This document shows, piece after piece, positions 13,501 through 25,951 of a DNA stretch of 64,000 nucleotides (its first letter is position 1; every line of letters starts with the position of its first letter). The position numbers and the translations under genes are program-made. The notes under the pieces are model-generated. The model had not been told where the DNA came from. It saw only the letters and a list, made by a program, of their open reading frames with translations, and did not search any database. Source of the DNA: Chrysomallon squamiferum (taxonomy: Eukaryota > Animalia > Mollusca); NCBI GenBank assembly GCA_012295275.1, contig CM022673.1, positions 26,536,001 through 26,600,000 on the forward strand. The letters are read 5' to 3'.

Positions 13501-16500
13501 TTTATCTTTCTATCAATTTAAAAACAACCTATACTGACATACAAACGTGACTGGCATATTCTTTTGACATCAGATGTTGTATAATCCTCTTTTCGGTCAT
13601 TTATTTATGCTGTTTTTGCCTGTTCTTCAGTCTTGATTCTATGAGCAATATCATCAGCATGTTTATATAAACTGTCTACTTACATTTAAACTTAGCTTTC
13701 TACTGCTTGTTCATATTCTGACATAACCAATGTTCTAATTAACTCTGCAAAATATTACTTTAAAAAACTTCTGAACTAACAAGCATGTTGTTAATTTTGC
13801 TGTTTGTTTCTACTAAATACAAAAATTGCATGTGTTGTATACATCATGTACGTATGATTGTGTAAGAGTCAATATTGACAGATATGAGACAAACTTGTAC
13901 ATATGCCTGTTTTTAATTTAGTTTGTTCAGTAAACTGAAGCAATTCTGTGCCATTTTCTGATTGTTTTTGTATCTAAAACTTGTAAAATAATGTTCATTT
14001 AGTAATAAGGCTTTGAGCTTTATGAATCTTTGATTTAAATTTTTCAATCAAATTATCACAAGGGCTTGAAACAATTTGAAATAATCCTGTTTTGTGAATA
14101 CAATATGTCTGCTTAATAATCTTTTAAGAAGTTCTCTTAATATTATCTTATTTTTCAGAAAGGTAGATACTTATACTGTGATGTACTTGTTCAGCATGTA
14201 AATTGTATACATGTACATTTACTGTAAATAAAACTAATTTATTATATTTCATTTTATTTTGACCTAATAACATTTTATTTGTAGTTAAATAGGTTAGATG
14301 TACTTGTATTAGTGTGCTTTTTAATTAATAGAATAATATTTTGATTATTTAAGATTATTTTTATATTATTTATATTTATTATTGTTGTTATTAGTTAATT
14401 TAAAGAATTTTGTTAAATATTTATTATATTTTTTATTACACACATTGAGTTTAATTTTCATCACATTTTATTTCTTGATTTCTAAAAAGGATACAAACAC
14501 AGAACACTGACTATTCACAATAATCCATTCACTGATACAACTTTAAATCACAGCACATTTTAATATTTAAATCATTTTATTAAACCACTTTATAAAACAG
14601 AGGACTCTACAAATGAATATTTTATCTTAAACCATAAATAAAAGTAAGGAATTATAATCTACATATTATATTTCCATGTGCTATTAAAACTTTTTATTTT
14701 TCAGTATTAGTAAATAATGTTTGTGAATGTTAATGAGTAGGCGTGTTTGTTGTGTATTTGCAGCTCAACCCCTGTATTAGAAGATGAAGGTGTAAAGCAG
14801 ATCACGTCACATAAATTAGCACCAGCACCTCCAACAATAACAGTGATTCAGAATGGGTAAAACAGTGAAATCTTTATTATCCTTACATTATGTATCATGT
14901 TTTATGATAAACACATCTCTCTCTCTATTCTCTTATTCTAGTAAAGTGGATTTATCTTGATTGGGTAAATACATAGATAATGTTATGCACTTAAAAATAA
15001 TTTTTTTTTTTTTGTTTTTTTGTGACATATTAAATTTATGATTATTTAATTAATTTTCACTCTTAATATCTATCATTTATGCTTTTGTAATTTAAATCTG
15101 AACTATCTAACAACAATTATTAAAAACTCCAAAATCAGTGTTATATGATATATCAGAGTACATGTTCTTTTCTGCATTATGTTTTGCTGTTTTCTTGTTA
15201 AACAGCTGCAGATTTAAATAAGTTAACCTTTGCATAAAAATGAAATATGTAGATTACCTTTGCATAAAAATGAAATATGTTAGAAATGCTTGTAAAAAAA
15301 CCACAACAATTCAAAGCTCTGTGCAGTTCATAAAAAAAAAGAGGTGAAAATCAGTTTTGCTGTTTCTGCTACTGTGAAGTTAAAACATTCCCAGACGAGA
15401 TTTGAAATGTTGTTTTCCAGAACCGTTGAGAGGAAACCACACAGTAGTAGCTACAGCAGTCAGCACAGCTACAGCTCCCAGCACAGCCACAACAGCGAGT
15501 CCTCTCACAACCGCACCCTCAGCCAGGGCAGCGACAACGGCGACAAGCGAAAACTCAGCCAGAGCAGCGACGTTTTCATCAACATCAACTCCGCCAAAGC
15601 TGCAGGTGTTCCACAGGTAAATGTCACTGATTACAACAGTTTTCAGTTTAATACTGTTTCCACACTAAACTCAGATGATAATATTATTGTTTCTCTTCTT
15701 TCTTTTTCTTTTTTTTTTTTGTTTTCTTTTTAGGACAAAATATTCTTTCTTCTTTTTTTAATTTTTAATCTTTTTTCTTAAATTTTTAATATTCTAATTT
15801 TTTTTTCTTTCAGTTCTTATTGTTTTTTTAATAATTATTTGGATTTTCAAATGTTTCTATAGAAAATTCAGATATTATATTATTTTTTATAATATGGTAT
15901 TGTTAGACTAAAAGTTTTCATTTTTATTTTATTCTGCTTTGGGGCTGATCTCTTACGTTGTGCTGATTAAAACTGTAACCTGTTTGTGAAAAGCATTTTC
16001 AGTATTTAAAGATGACAGTTCAAGATTTTCTGGGTTTTTCTATTTGTCGCTTATTTTCCTGTCGCTTGTCTTCTGCTTTCATTTCTCATTTCTTTGTTCT
16101 TTTCCTTTCATTAATCCAGCTAGCTGAAAAGACTCAAAGTGAGAGGAGAGGTTCAGCTGTTAAAAATAAAACCCCTGTCCTAAAAAATGAAAAGAAAAAT
16201 GTCAGTAAACATGAACCTGATTTGGTTAAGGTTCAGGAAGAAGGGGAGAACAGTTTAGAAGTAACTACAAAATTTCCTCAAAGTTTTTTAGTGAAGGGCT
16301 CTAAGAATGAAAAATTCCCACTTCCCCCACCTCCAGAACCTTCTGAAGAAGCAGCTGACCCTAGCTTGACCTTTCCAGATCCTCCCGATGACTTCGCAAA
16401 CAGCACCAATCCATTTCTGAATTCTGACAAACAATCCACTAATCCCTTCGATTGTCCTGCAGAAAGCGACAGCTCCTCTTTGCTGAAGGGAAAAATGTCG

Positions 16501-17732
16501 AAACCTCAGCACAGCACGAATCCTTTTGAAACTGGATCAGAAACATCACGTGCAGCAGCAAATCGAACTGAAAGTAAATCGAAGCCTGCTGCACCCATCA
16601 GATCGACTTCGCTCTCTACCACAGACAGCGCTGGCCAGCAGCCTTCACTCTCAGGACAGAGTGAATCTGTTTCTCAGCTCAAACCAAGACCTGGTAACAA
16701 ACCTGCTGGCAGGAGGGCAGGGTCCTCCTCCTCCTCCTCTTCATCCCCCCCACCTCGCCCACCTAACAGCCCTGCCCTTGTTGGTCGACCTTTGTCCAGT
16801 GAAAGGCCAAAGTCTCCACAGTCTTCTTTTGGTGCTGGTCGAAAAATTCATTCGAAGAAATCATCCCCTCCTCCACCTCCTCCTCCTCCTGCTCCTTCCA
16901 CTGACAAACGTAACACCCCTACCAGCCCTCTGGCATCCCGGGAGAAGGTCGACGCCCACAATGACAGTGTGCCTGGTGAAGGAACAGTGATAATTGTAAG
17001 TTTTCTCACAGTGCTCAGGTCCTGCACATGACTCAGTAAAAAAAAAAAACCCTTACAGCATGAATATATATGCATGTTCATCCCTCTCGTATACAGCATC
17101 CCTTACATCCGTAATGTATTTATAACTAATGTAATTTCCTTTTGACTAATAAAAATATTAATCTAATTGTTATCCTTTTTTCTTTTCTTTTTTTTTTTTT
17201 AATTTTCTGTGTTTGGACCTGAACAGTTGTTGCATGAGAAAATTTGCATTATGAACTAACATTTTATTATAACTAATTACATTTATTCCTAATGTATTTT
17301 TTTTATGTTTTATATGGTGTATATAGTTAAAATATTATTATTATTATTAATACTGCTATTACTATTACTGTTATTGTTATTATTATTATTATTATTGCTA
17401 TTACTATTTTTAGTTTTATTTTATTAATATTATCATTTATCATTATCATCATCATCATCATCATCATCATTATTATTATTATTATTATAATTATTATTAT
17501 TAAAAATACATTGACTCAAAACACAGTTAATGAACTTTGCAGTATTTCATCAATACTGGGCCCACTTAACTTCTGACCTACATGTGTTGTTATGATAAGT
17601 TAACAGATAAAATGAATACAGTTTTGTTTGTTTATCTGTAGAATATATGTTTAATAATGAGTTGGTAAATAGTAGCATATTTCAGAGGAAAGACTGCAAC
17701 AATAGCATATATGGTTTAGTGTCTGTAAAATC

Positions 17733-17829
<97 letters not shown>

Positions 17830-19246
17830 AATGAATACTGGTAAAGTGGTCTACATTTATTTTCTCAAATCATCTCTAAATTTAATTCCTGCTTAATTTA
17901 ATAAATTATTTTATTAATGTTACTAATGAATTTACATCCAATCAAATTTTATATATTTTTTATTTACTTATTTTATTTATGTATGCAAAGAATGCCAGTA
18001 ATAATTATAGTTAAGTAATTTTAATAAGAAATAAAATCTAGGTTATACATCATAAATTATATGATATAATTACTAAATATAAAAAAAATAATTAATAATA
18101 ATAATTAAAACCATAAATTTAAAATATAATAATTACAAAAACCAAAACAATATAAATAATAAAAAAAAAAAATAATAATAATTACAGTAACATCAACAGT
18201 AATAATAACACAAGGAATTTGATATTCGATTGATTTAAGTCAAATTTTATACATAAACTGATAAATTATTATACAGTTTTATTTCTATTGTCTTTTTAGT
18301 AAAGATATTACCAATGTGATTCCAGTGTACATTAATCATTGCCCTTAAACACTAAATCTTGCTATCAGACATATTAAAGAGATTAACAGAGAATGGGGCT
18401 TATCATACAAATAAAATAGCTTTATTATATCAAAATACTGATTCTTTTAACTAATATCTCATTTTATAAATATTGATAGATATTTTTTTGAATTATATAA
18501 AGTTAGAGAATCTTCTTTTTTTTTTTTTTTTTTTTTGTATATCTGACAAATGTGTGTTTATAATGAAACATGTGAAACTGTATTGACATAAATTTCACAT
18601 GATTACAGTTTTCTGTGTTTATTTAAATTTGATTGTTTTGGTTTTTTTAATACATTGCATTTAAGCATGCAGTTATTTAGTGTTTTCCATTTCAGAATAT
18701 AGTTTATTTTAGATGTTAAATATTTCAAACAAAATTCTTAACTCTTCTTATTTAAATATGTATCTGTATATCTATATATCTATATATCTGTTTCTGTATC
18801 TATTTATATATATGTGTATGTGTGTATATGTATATTATTATGAAAATTATTATTATTATTATTTTTATATTTTATTTATTTAAAAGTTGCTAATGTGTTT
18901 GAATGCTATTATGCCATTTAGTTACTAAAGATGTTTGTTTTTAAGGATATTTTCATTATGTATGTATTTATAAATTTGTTTTATGTTTTGTTTTATTAGT
19001 TTTTAATTAAATAAATTAATGTTATTTCTGCAAATCTTTTAGGAAACTTCGTTCACTGGTACTAAACACATCACCCGGAAAGTGTCCTCTGCCTCCTCTG
19101 CAAAGTCTTCAGTTAGTCATGTGATCACTCTCAGCCAATCAGACACTACGTCACCTGCTGCCAACGGCGATGACCTTTCTCCGTGGCAGGTGTCACTTCC
19201 TGAGAAGAAAGTGAGCAGGAAAGTTACTCTCACAACAGAATTGTGA
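895..19246 (+). CDS. EPB41L5: Band 4.1-like protein 5 / Yurt orthologue (FERM-FA protein), 5'-partial, 17 coding exons in window
   Basis: Exons 895-937, 2091-2169, 2768-2865, 5701-5821, 6229-6316, 6901-6989, 7598-7667, 8282-8451, 9066-9242, 9824-10122, 10733-10918, 11346-11412, 12477-12533, 14764-14856, 15421-15616, 16120-16995, 19043-19246. All are AG/GT bounded and phase-compatible. Translation [19 protein letters not shown]...RVKFYSSEP...ELGDYD...[12 protein letters not shown]...[22 protein letters not shown]...[18 protein letters not shown]...[15 protein letters not shown] matches the EPB41L5/Yurt FERM+FA region; the C-terminus is the PDZ-binding LTTEL. Confidence 0.93.
2091..2169 (+). 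CDS. EPB41L5: EPB41L5 exon ([27 protein letters not shown])
   Basis: tttcag / gtgaga, 79 nt, FERM motif. Confidence 0.92.
2768..2865 (+). CDS. EPB41L5: EPB41L5 exon ([18 protein letters not shown]...AYALQ)
   Basis: tttcag / gtgagt, 98 nt. Confidence 0.92.
4515..4570. repeat. (TG)n microsatellite
   Basis: Perfect TG run. Confidence 0.95.
5701..5821 (+). CDS. EPB41L5: EPB41L5 exon ([10 protein letters not shown]...FKKCR)
   Basis: tttcag / gtcagt, 121 nt. Confidence 0.93.
6229..6316 (+). CDS. EPB41L5: EPB41L5 exon (GMTPAQAE...[10 protein letters not shown])
   Basis: tttcag / gtgggt, 88 nt. Confidence 0.93.
6901..6989 (+). CDS. EPB41L5: EPB41L5 exon ([15 protein letters not shown]...GLFFW)
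   Basis: tttcag / gtatct, 89 nt. Confidence 0.93.
7598..7667 (+). CDS. EPB41L5: EPB41L5 exon ([23 protein letters not shown])
   Basis: tttcag / gtaaga, 70 nt. Confidence 0.92.
8282..8451 (+). CDS. EPB41L5: EPB41L5 exon (FERM C lobe end and FA start)
   Basis: ttccag / gtaagt, 170 nt, [15 protein letters not shown]. Confidence 0.93.
8455..8683. repeat. 10-bp tandem repeat (GTTTCATCAA/GTTTCATCAC)
   Basis: About 22 degenerate copies starting in the splice donor. Confidence 0.9.
9066..9242 (+). CDS. EPB41L5: EPB41L5 exon (FA domain GRTEYQ...[12 protein letters not shown])
   Basis: gacag / gtaaaa, 177 nt. Confidence 0.9.
9416..9815. repeat. 35-bp minisatellite (TTTACTGGATATTTTGTATCATTATTTATCTTCTG)
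   Basis: ACTG recurs at 9451, 9486, 9521, 9556, 9591, 9627, 9662, 9697, 9728, 9763. Confidence 0.93.
9824..10122 (+). CDS. EPB41L5: EPB41L5 exon (S/T-rich variable region)
   Basis: ttttctcag / gtaaac, 299 nt, phase-compatible. Confidence 0.85.
10306..10365 (+). mobile_element. tRNA-derived SINE head remnant
   Basis: A-box-like TAGTTCAGTGGTTAGA (10307-10322) and B-box-like GGTTCAGTCC (10351-10360); no closing acceptor stem. Confidence 0.45.
10733..10918 (+). CDS. EPB41L5: EPB41L5 exon (...[16 protein letters not shown]...)
   Basis: tcttcag / gtgatg, 186 nt. Confidence 0.85.
11346..11412 (+). CDS. EPB41L5: EPB41L5 exon ([22 protein letters not shown])
   Basis: tttacag / gtattt, 67 nt, needed to bridge phase 1 to phase 2. 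Confidence 0.75.
12477..12533 (+). CDS. EPB41L5: EPB41L5 57-nt symmetric (probable cassette) exon
   Basis: cttccag / gtagac, phase 2-2, [19 protein letters not shown]. Confidence 0.6.
14764..14856 (+). CDS. EPB41L5: EPB41L5 exon (STPVLEDEG...TVIQNG)
   Basis: tttgcag / gtaaaa, 93 nt, phase 2-2. Confidence 0.72.
15421..15616 (+). CDS. EPB41L5: EPB41L5 exon (Ser/His-rich)
   Basis: ttttccag / gtaaat, 196 nt, GC-rich coding composition. Confidence 0.85.
16120..16995 (+). CDS. EPB41L5: EPB41L5 large Pro/Ser-rich exon with three STNPF motifs
   Basis: Long pyrimidine tract + ccag / gtaagt, 876 nt, phase 0-0, open frame. Confidence 0.85.
17738..17827. repeat. (CT)n microsatellite
   Basis: Perfect CT run. 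Confidence 0.95.
19043..19246 (+). CDS. EPB41L5: EPB41L5 terminal coding exon (ETSF...KVTLTTEL*)
   Basis: cttttag acceptor, TGA at 19244-19246, PDZ-binding TTEL as in vertebrate EPB41L5. Confidence 0.88.
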   Translation, partial: ETSFTGTKHITRKVSSASSAKSSVSHVITLSQSDTTSPAANGDDLSPWQVSLPEKKVSRKVTLTTEL

Positions 19247-22200
19247 AAAGAGCATCACTAGTGGATTAATTTAATTTTGTCACATGAAGAGAAAAAAAAC
19301 CCTGCTTCAAGTGAAATGTATGTTTTAGCTTGCTACTTACAAGATGGACATTTTAAAACCGAATGTTGCTTGGGAATTTTTTCAAAGTGTTTCTTTTTTG
19401 TGTTGTCTGTGATGTTGGAAATATTGGGAACATTTTAATTTTTAAGTTATAAATATGTTTGTTGTTTTTTTTAAAGTTTTTATTTCACATTATAAATGGT
19501 TTTATTATTTTTTTTTTTTTTGAAGCTTTTATTCTGAATTATAATTCAATTTATTTTAGCATTTATATATATATATTTTTTTCAGTTTTAATTCTTTACT
19601 GAATCATTTTTAATATTTAAAATAAGTTTTAACAATATCTAAATTTAAAATTTTAGATTTAATTGTTTATTTCTGGCATATATTTTCTTTACTATAATTT
19701 TTAATTTGCTATTAGTCTGTTATTTATGCATTGTAGCTAAAGAAATAGATTGCTAAATGAACTTATTTTTATAAATATATTCTAATAATAATAATTTTTA
19801 TATTTTGTGTGTAACAATCTCAAACATTTTGGATTTGAAAGTAAATGTACCAGAAAATGAAAAAAAAAAAAAAAAAAAGTTACTATTTAATTATTAATTG
19901 TTCTGTATATGAATTTTTAATGCAGTTTTTGAGACATGCAAACTAATTTGTGTGCATTTTTCTGGCGTATGTGCAATGTGTTGAAGTAACCAAGGGGAGG
20001 TTGCTTGAAGGATTTTTGTTTTTTTAATCCTAATCCTGCAGGAAAACAGTATTGTAATAATAAAAATGATAATAATATCTGCAGAGAAATAAGAACAGGA
20101 AGAGAGTTATTTTCAGTTTATTTTTCATTTTTGTAAATTCTGCACAAATGTTCAGTAAACTGCTTTTTAAAAGAATCGGTAATTAACAAATTCTTACATT
20201 TGGAAGAGTTTTTAATAATCTTTTTTTTTTTTTTTTTACAAATTTCTATAATATTAAAATATATATATCTTTATATACTAATATTCGGAAATTTTATCAC
20301 AGTATGGTGTTTTCAGTACACCTGAAATTTAATTATTATTATTATTGTTGTTATTTATTATTTAGTAACAAGTATTTATGTTTAATGTTGAAAATTTACT
20401 GGTCCCAATTAAATCTTGTTTCATTTTTTTCATCAGTAATTACCTAGATTTGTGTTCCTAACAATGAAGAGAGATACCAGAATTAACATGGCTGATTAAC
20501 TTTCTACTTTATAAATTTTTCTGTTTTTGTAATTGACTCCAAAATGGCTGTCTCCTTTATCTTTCTTTTGGTCTTTGAACCCTGAAATTTTATGAAAAGA
20601 TTTACATAAACTCTATTGTCACTGCTTGTTATCTTTAATGTTTTTTTTTTCTTTCTTTTTTTATACAAATATATATTTAAATTTTTAAAAATGTTTATTA
20701 ATTATTACTATATTTGTGTTCATACTTTCTGAGCAAAATTCTCTTCGTTATTTCTTATGTAATCAGTTCCAAAATCAGATATCTCCTTTGTCTATCTATA
20801 ATTTTAGAACAATACAGGGAGAAGCTTTTTAAAGCTGTTATTTTTTAATATTCTTTTTTAGATTAACAGAAATTTTTGAAAATGTATTTTTGTTCACTTC
20901 ACTTATCTGTCTTCTGATTTTTGTTAACAAGGAAAGGCTGAATTAATAATATGAAAACTGCTTTCATGTCTGTATTCTTTAACCAACCTTCTGTGACCTT
21001 CCTCTGCTGTATGTGTTTTTGTAACAACTGAAATTAAAGTGATCCTGATGTAATAATAGATTAGCCGGTGTGTTGACACTCAGTTTGTTTGATTTGTAGA
21101 GTGAAAGAAAATACATTTTTCCTTTCTAAAGTTTTATATTTTTCTAGTCTACTTTAAAAAAAAAAAAGTCTTTTGTGCAAAAAAGGTCAAAATATAACTT
21201 GACATAACGGTTATAAGATGAGAAACAATTTTGTTGTTAAGAAAATAATTTGTAAAAACAGCCATAAATAAAAGTGATAACGTTACAAATAAAAAAGTTT
21301 GTAAATTGGATGCAACCCTACAGTGTCAGATTTAAAATTTAAATAATTTTATTATTAAATAAGAAAATTGACAAAAGTGACGGTAATTCATTGCTAACCA
21401 ATTGAAATATTAGATAATTTTATCAGAGTTGAAATAAGTTTTAAAATGATAATAACTTGAACTAACCAGTTTAAAATTTTAAATTCATATTATGAATAAG
21501 ATAACAAACTACAGTTCTTTACTAACCAGCTAAAATATTAAACAATTTTGTTAATTAAAAAAACTATTTGCAAAATGGACATAACACTAAACTAATTTGA
21601 AATAAAAAATATTTTTCTTATGGTTCAATAATTTGTGGTCAGTTAAAAAGTTGCTCAGTTTAAATCTTGAACCAGTTAACTTTTGGCCAGTCTAAAATGT
21701 GGATGATTTTTGTTGAGGTGAAATTAAACTGAGGACCAGTTTGAATGTAAAAATGTTGCTGATGTTGTTATCAATATAAAAAAAATTACTAATTTTATTT
21801 TTTGGACTTAACAGATTTGACCAACTTAAAATATCTTCATTGAGGACAGTTTTTTTTCAGTAACCAAAATTAAATATTTATTATTAATATTATTTTCTAC
21901 ATTATAATAATAATGATAATAATTATTATTATTATTTAACTGCCTACTTCAAAACAGATCCATTTATATTTAATTAATTATTTGTATTTTTTTTTTTTTT
22001 TTTTTTTATAAAAAAGAATTATGAATAATAACAGACAGTTGATTTGTATGGACATTACTGAACTTGAACAACTGAGGATTTTTTGTAAATATGTATATTG
22101 ATGTATCACTGAATTCTGCTTATGCTTTACTGAAAATATTAACAACCAAAATGCATCTTGAATTTGTGATTTTTAAAACAAAAAATTGTTATTTTGTAAT

Positions 22201-23163
22201 TTGTTCTTTTTCATTTCAATCCTTTCCTTTATTGTGTTTGTCATTAAAAAAAATGATGATAAATGAAGGAAAGAAAAAGAAATGAAAAATTGTCTTTTAT
22301 TTTTTTTCTTACATGTTTTGGAAAATATGAATTATCTACACTTTTGTCGCCATCAAAAAGATATTTTTATGACCATGTCAATATTGTTAAGCTATAAACA
22401 TATTTAAAAAGAAATGTACTGCTTTGATGGAGTTTAATGTGTTTCCTGAACTTCTGTTATGCAGCTTGTATTTAAGTTATATGCAGCTTTCTGTATTTCT
22501 CTGCAAGACAGATAATTTGATGATTTTAACTGTACATAATTTACACTGATGAATGTATTTTAGGTTTTTTTTTTTATCTTGTATATATTTTGAAGTCTGA
22601 TGCTAAAATCCTGGTTTCTGTCTACACAATTTAGCTAATAAATTTATAGGAGCCATTTCTTACCTTTCCAATTTTTGGTATTTTATATATTATTTGTAAA
22701 AAACAGAAAAAATGGTATGGGGTAAAATAGGAGTTTAAAAAAGAAAAAAAAAAGGATATAATTATTATTATTTTTGTTATATATAGATATCAATTGATAT
22801 ATATGCTATTTATAACTTCTAAAATTGGTCATGAACATTAAGGTAATAAAAATTTACATATTTTACCAAAAATCAAAAAAAATTCAGCACGATACAAATA
22901 AAAGAAAAGAAAGCAAGAAAAAAATATATATATAAGCAAAGTTTTGAAAGTAGAAATAAAAATTACCTATCTGTTTGTGTAAAAATTATTAATATTCTGA
23001 AAAACAGAACATTTTAGCAAGTACTGAAATAATTGATGAACTGGTGAAAATCAACAGAACATATCATATTTTTCATGATACCAAGTAAATAAAAATACTA
23101 ATTAAAAACAGAAGGTTTTGTCTAAAATTAATTTGGAAATGAGCAGTTTTATTTAAAAGGTAG

Positions 23164-23205
<42 letters not shown>

Positions 23206-24663
23206 TGTTACTATTATAGTTATTGTTGTTTTAAATTTGATAGTTCGTCAGTGAATTTTAACACTGCTAATTTTCAGTGTTTTATACTCTTTCTCAAACT
23301 GCTAAGTTTTGAAAGCTTGTCTTTGATGCATTCATTTCATTTTTTCAGGTACCACTTCAGTTAAATATGCATGCATTATATATCTTCAAATACCTTTCCA
23401 CATAAACTTATAACAATTCCACTTTGTAAAATTTTGTTTGTTCTAAATACAGAGCAAATTTGTATTCTGTTAGCATGAATGTGTCATGTATCCCTCCCTC
23501 CTATATGCATATATAGCTTCTGCATGAAATTGTCAGGCTTTGTAATAAATATTATTAATGTAATTATATATTCTGTTTAATTGTTCCTGCAAATTTTAGA
23601 TGTCTGTTTCGTTTTAAATTTATTGATTTTTATCATTTTGATTTTAACATTTTAGTATTGTAAGATGTTTCATAAACAGAAGTTAAAGCATCTTAATGAT
23701 TTTAGTAAATTTATTCTTGATAAATAAACGTTAGATTTTATATGAATATAGGATACAGATAGAGTATGTAATTAGAAATTTTTAAAAAATGTTTTATTTT
23801 ATATGTAATTTTCTTATCCTTGTAAAATAAAGAAGTCTTTCAAATATTTTTTCCAACAGCTAAAAAAAACATTACCTTACTGCTATGTAGAATTTTAAAA
23901 AGTTTACATTTAAAAACCAATTACTAATAAATGTTTTGTTTATGAAAATCTTATTTATTTTAATTTAAATGGCTTTTAATTTTTATTTTCCCACTTGTTT
24001 GAAAAATAGTTATTTTTTAATCATTCATTAATCTGTTTATTGTGTATTTTTAATGTGTTAATTGATTGACATACTTTCTGCCTTATTCACTACACCTCTA
24101 TGCATTTAATGAGCCTTTTGTGAATAGAAAATTTTTAAAAATATTGTTTTGGTTAAGTAAGACTGTTGAAATATTTTGCATATCAGTTTAATACATATCT
24201 CAATAACAGACATGTCAGTTGTCTTTCTTACCACTAATTCTGTCCATTTCATGTTTTTTCAATTTTATTTTTATAAAATGTTATTTTGAAATATTTGATA
24301 ATTCCTGTTTTAAAACTACATAGCCTGAACTAACCACAGTTATTTTTTGGATTTAATTTAGGCAGTAAGATTTAGTGCATTCCATAATTTATTATGCTAT
24401 TTAAATTAAAAAAAGCTTTGAAAATTGTTTGTTTTTGTTAAAACCAATGAAACCAACCACAGGTTGTTTTTTTTTGATATTTTTTATTTAAGTTAGAAAA
24501 TCTAGTGCATTCCATATTTATTTTGTCTTTTAAATGTTTGGAAAGTTGAATTTTGGTGGAAATTTTTTTTTAAATTTTAATTGATAATATCTGAATTGTT
24601 AATGTGATGTAGCTGCCATTTTAATTGTTGTTATGAAATACTTGGTAACATTGTATAGAAATG

Positions 24664-25082
24664 CAGACTGAGCCTCCTTTATCCGATATTCCAAAATTCC
24701 CAAATTGTTTTATTTTTCATCTTTCAAGGTGGTAGCTTAAAGTATTCAGATGGTTTTTGTGTGCACAAGATTTGTATCATGGACAAAATTATTAAAAATT
24801 GTATCTTCACAGAATGTGTAAGCTGTATATGAAATATAAATGGATTTCTTAATTTTGTCCCATTCCCAAATTTATCTCCTTTATTTTCCAAATATTTGAG
24901 GATTCTGTCATTGTTTCCAAAGGTCAAAATGCTAGAGGATTTCAGGCATTGATTATATCCTATAGTCCAAAGGTCAAAGGTCAAAATTCTTGAGAAATAA
25001 TCAGATATCGATTATATCCTTATATTTCAAGGATTGAAATGTTTGTGGATCCAGGCATTTTGGACAAGGGTGGGTCAGCCTG
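24664..25082. mobile_element. Non-autonomous pogo/Tigger-like DNA transposon (Tigger4/Zombi-like)
   Basis: Degenerate TIRs CAGACTGAGCCTCCTTTATCCGATATTCC and (reverse complement of right end) CAGGCTGACCCACCCTTGTCCAAAATGCC; internal blocks resemble the recalled Tigger4/MER46 consensus. Confidence 0.7.
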
Positions 25083-25945
25083 CATTGTAAGAAGATATTC
25101 CAAACAACAAGGTTGTGTTTTGTGTTACAATATAAATTCCAAATACATTTCTGTGTTTAATATTCCAGATACGGTTGTGATTATAATGAATGCAAATCTG
25201 ATTTAATTAGCGTTAATTTTAATTATTAAATGTATTTAAGAAAGATTAATAATATGTGAACTATTTTTGACCATTTTTGACAATTTATAAATTTAATATC
25301 TTTTATTATTATTATTGCTATTTATCTTTTTTATATATATATATATATATCTAAATTTATATATAAATTTTTCATTGATTTTTTGAAACTTTTGGATCAG
25401 TGCCTCACATTTTAAATTATTTATGATGGTAGGATTATGTGCAAACAACATTTTACAGGTTTTTTTTACAGTTAATATAATAAAAATACAGTAAAGCCAA
25501 CACTAATTGTTTAACAGACAAAACAAATTTAAATCATTTTAAATCTGAATTAAATCATACATTTATTTTTAAAAACAGACAGACAGAAACAGATATACAA
25601 ATGCATTCATACATACAGACACATATATACAATATACAGCACATATCCATAAATATAAAAAGAATAAATTACAGAATGAAAGTAGAATTTTTTTTTTTTT
25701 TTTTTTTTTTTAAATAAAACGGAAATTTTGTTAATTGTGCTCACATGGTATCATTTTACACACATTTTGGGACATTTTGGCTTCCTTATTCTGTCACCAT
25801 TTTTTGCTTTTGAATATTATGTCCTTGAGGTGTAAGTGTATGACCAGACCTGTAAACATTGTACATACTGATAGTGCAGAGCTCAGCTCAACTGCATCCT
25901 TCTGTGCATTTTCAACTTAACTAAATGCAAGTCACTTAATGGTAT

Positions 25946-25951
25946 AATAAA
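25946..25951 (+). terminator. Candidate distal poly(A) signal of EPB41L5
   Basis: AATAAA, then ATTAAA and a T/GT-rich tract, at the point where CpG depletion ends. Confidence 0.35.
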
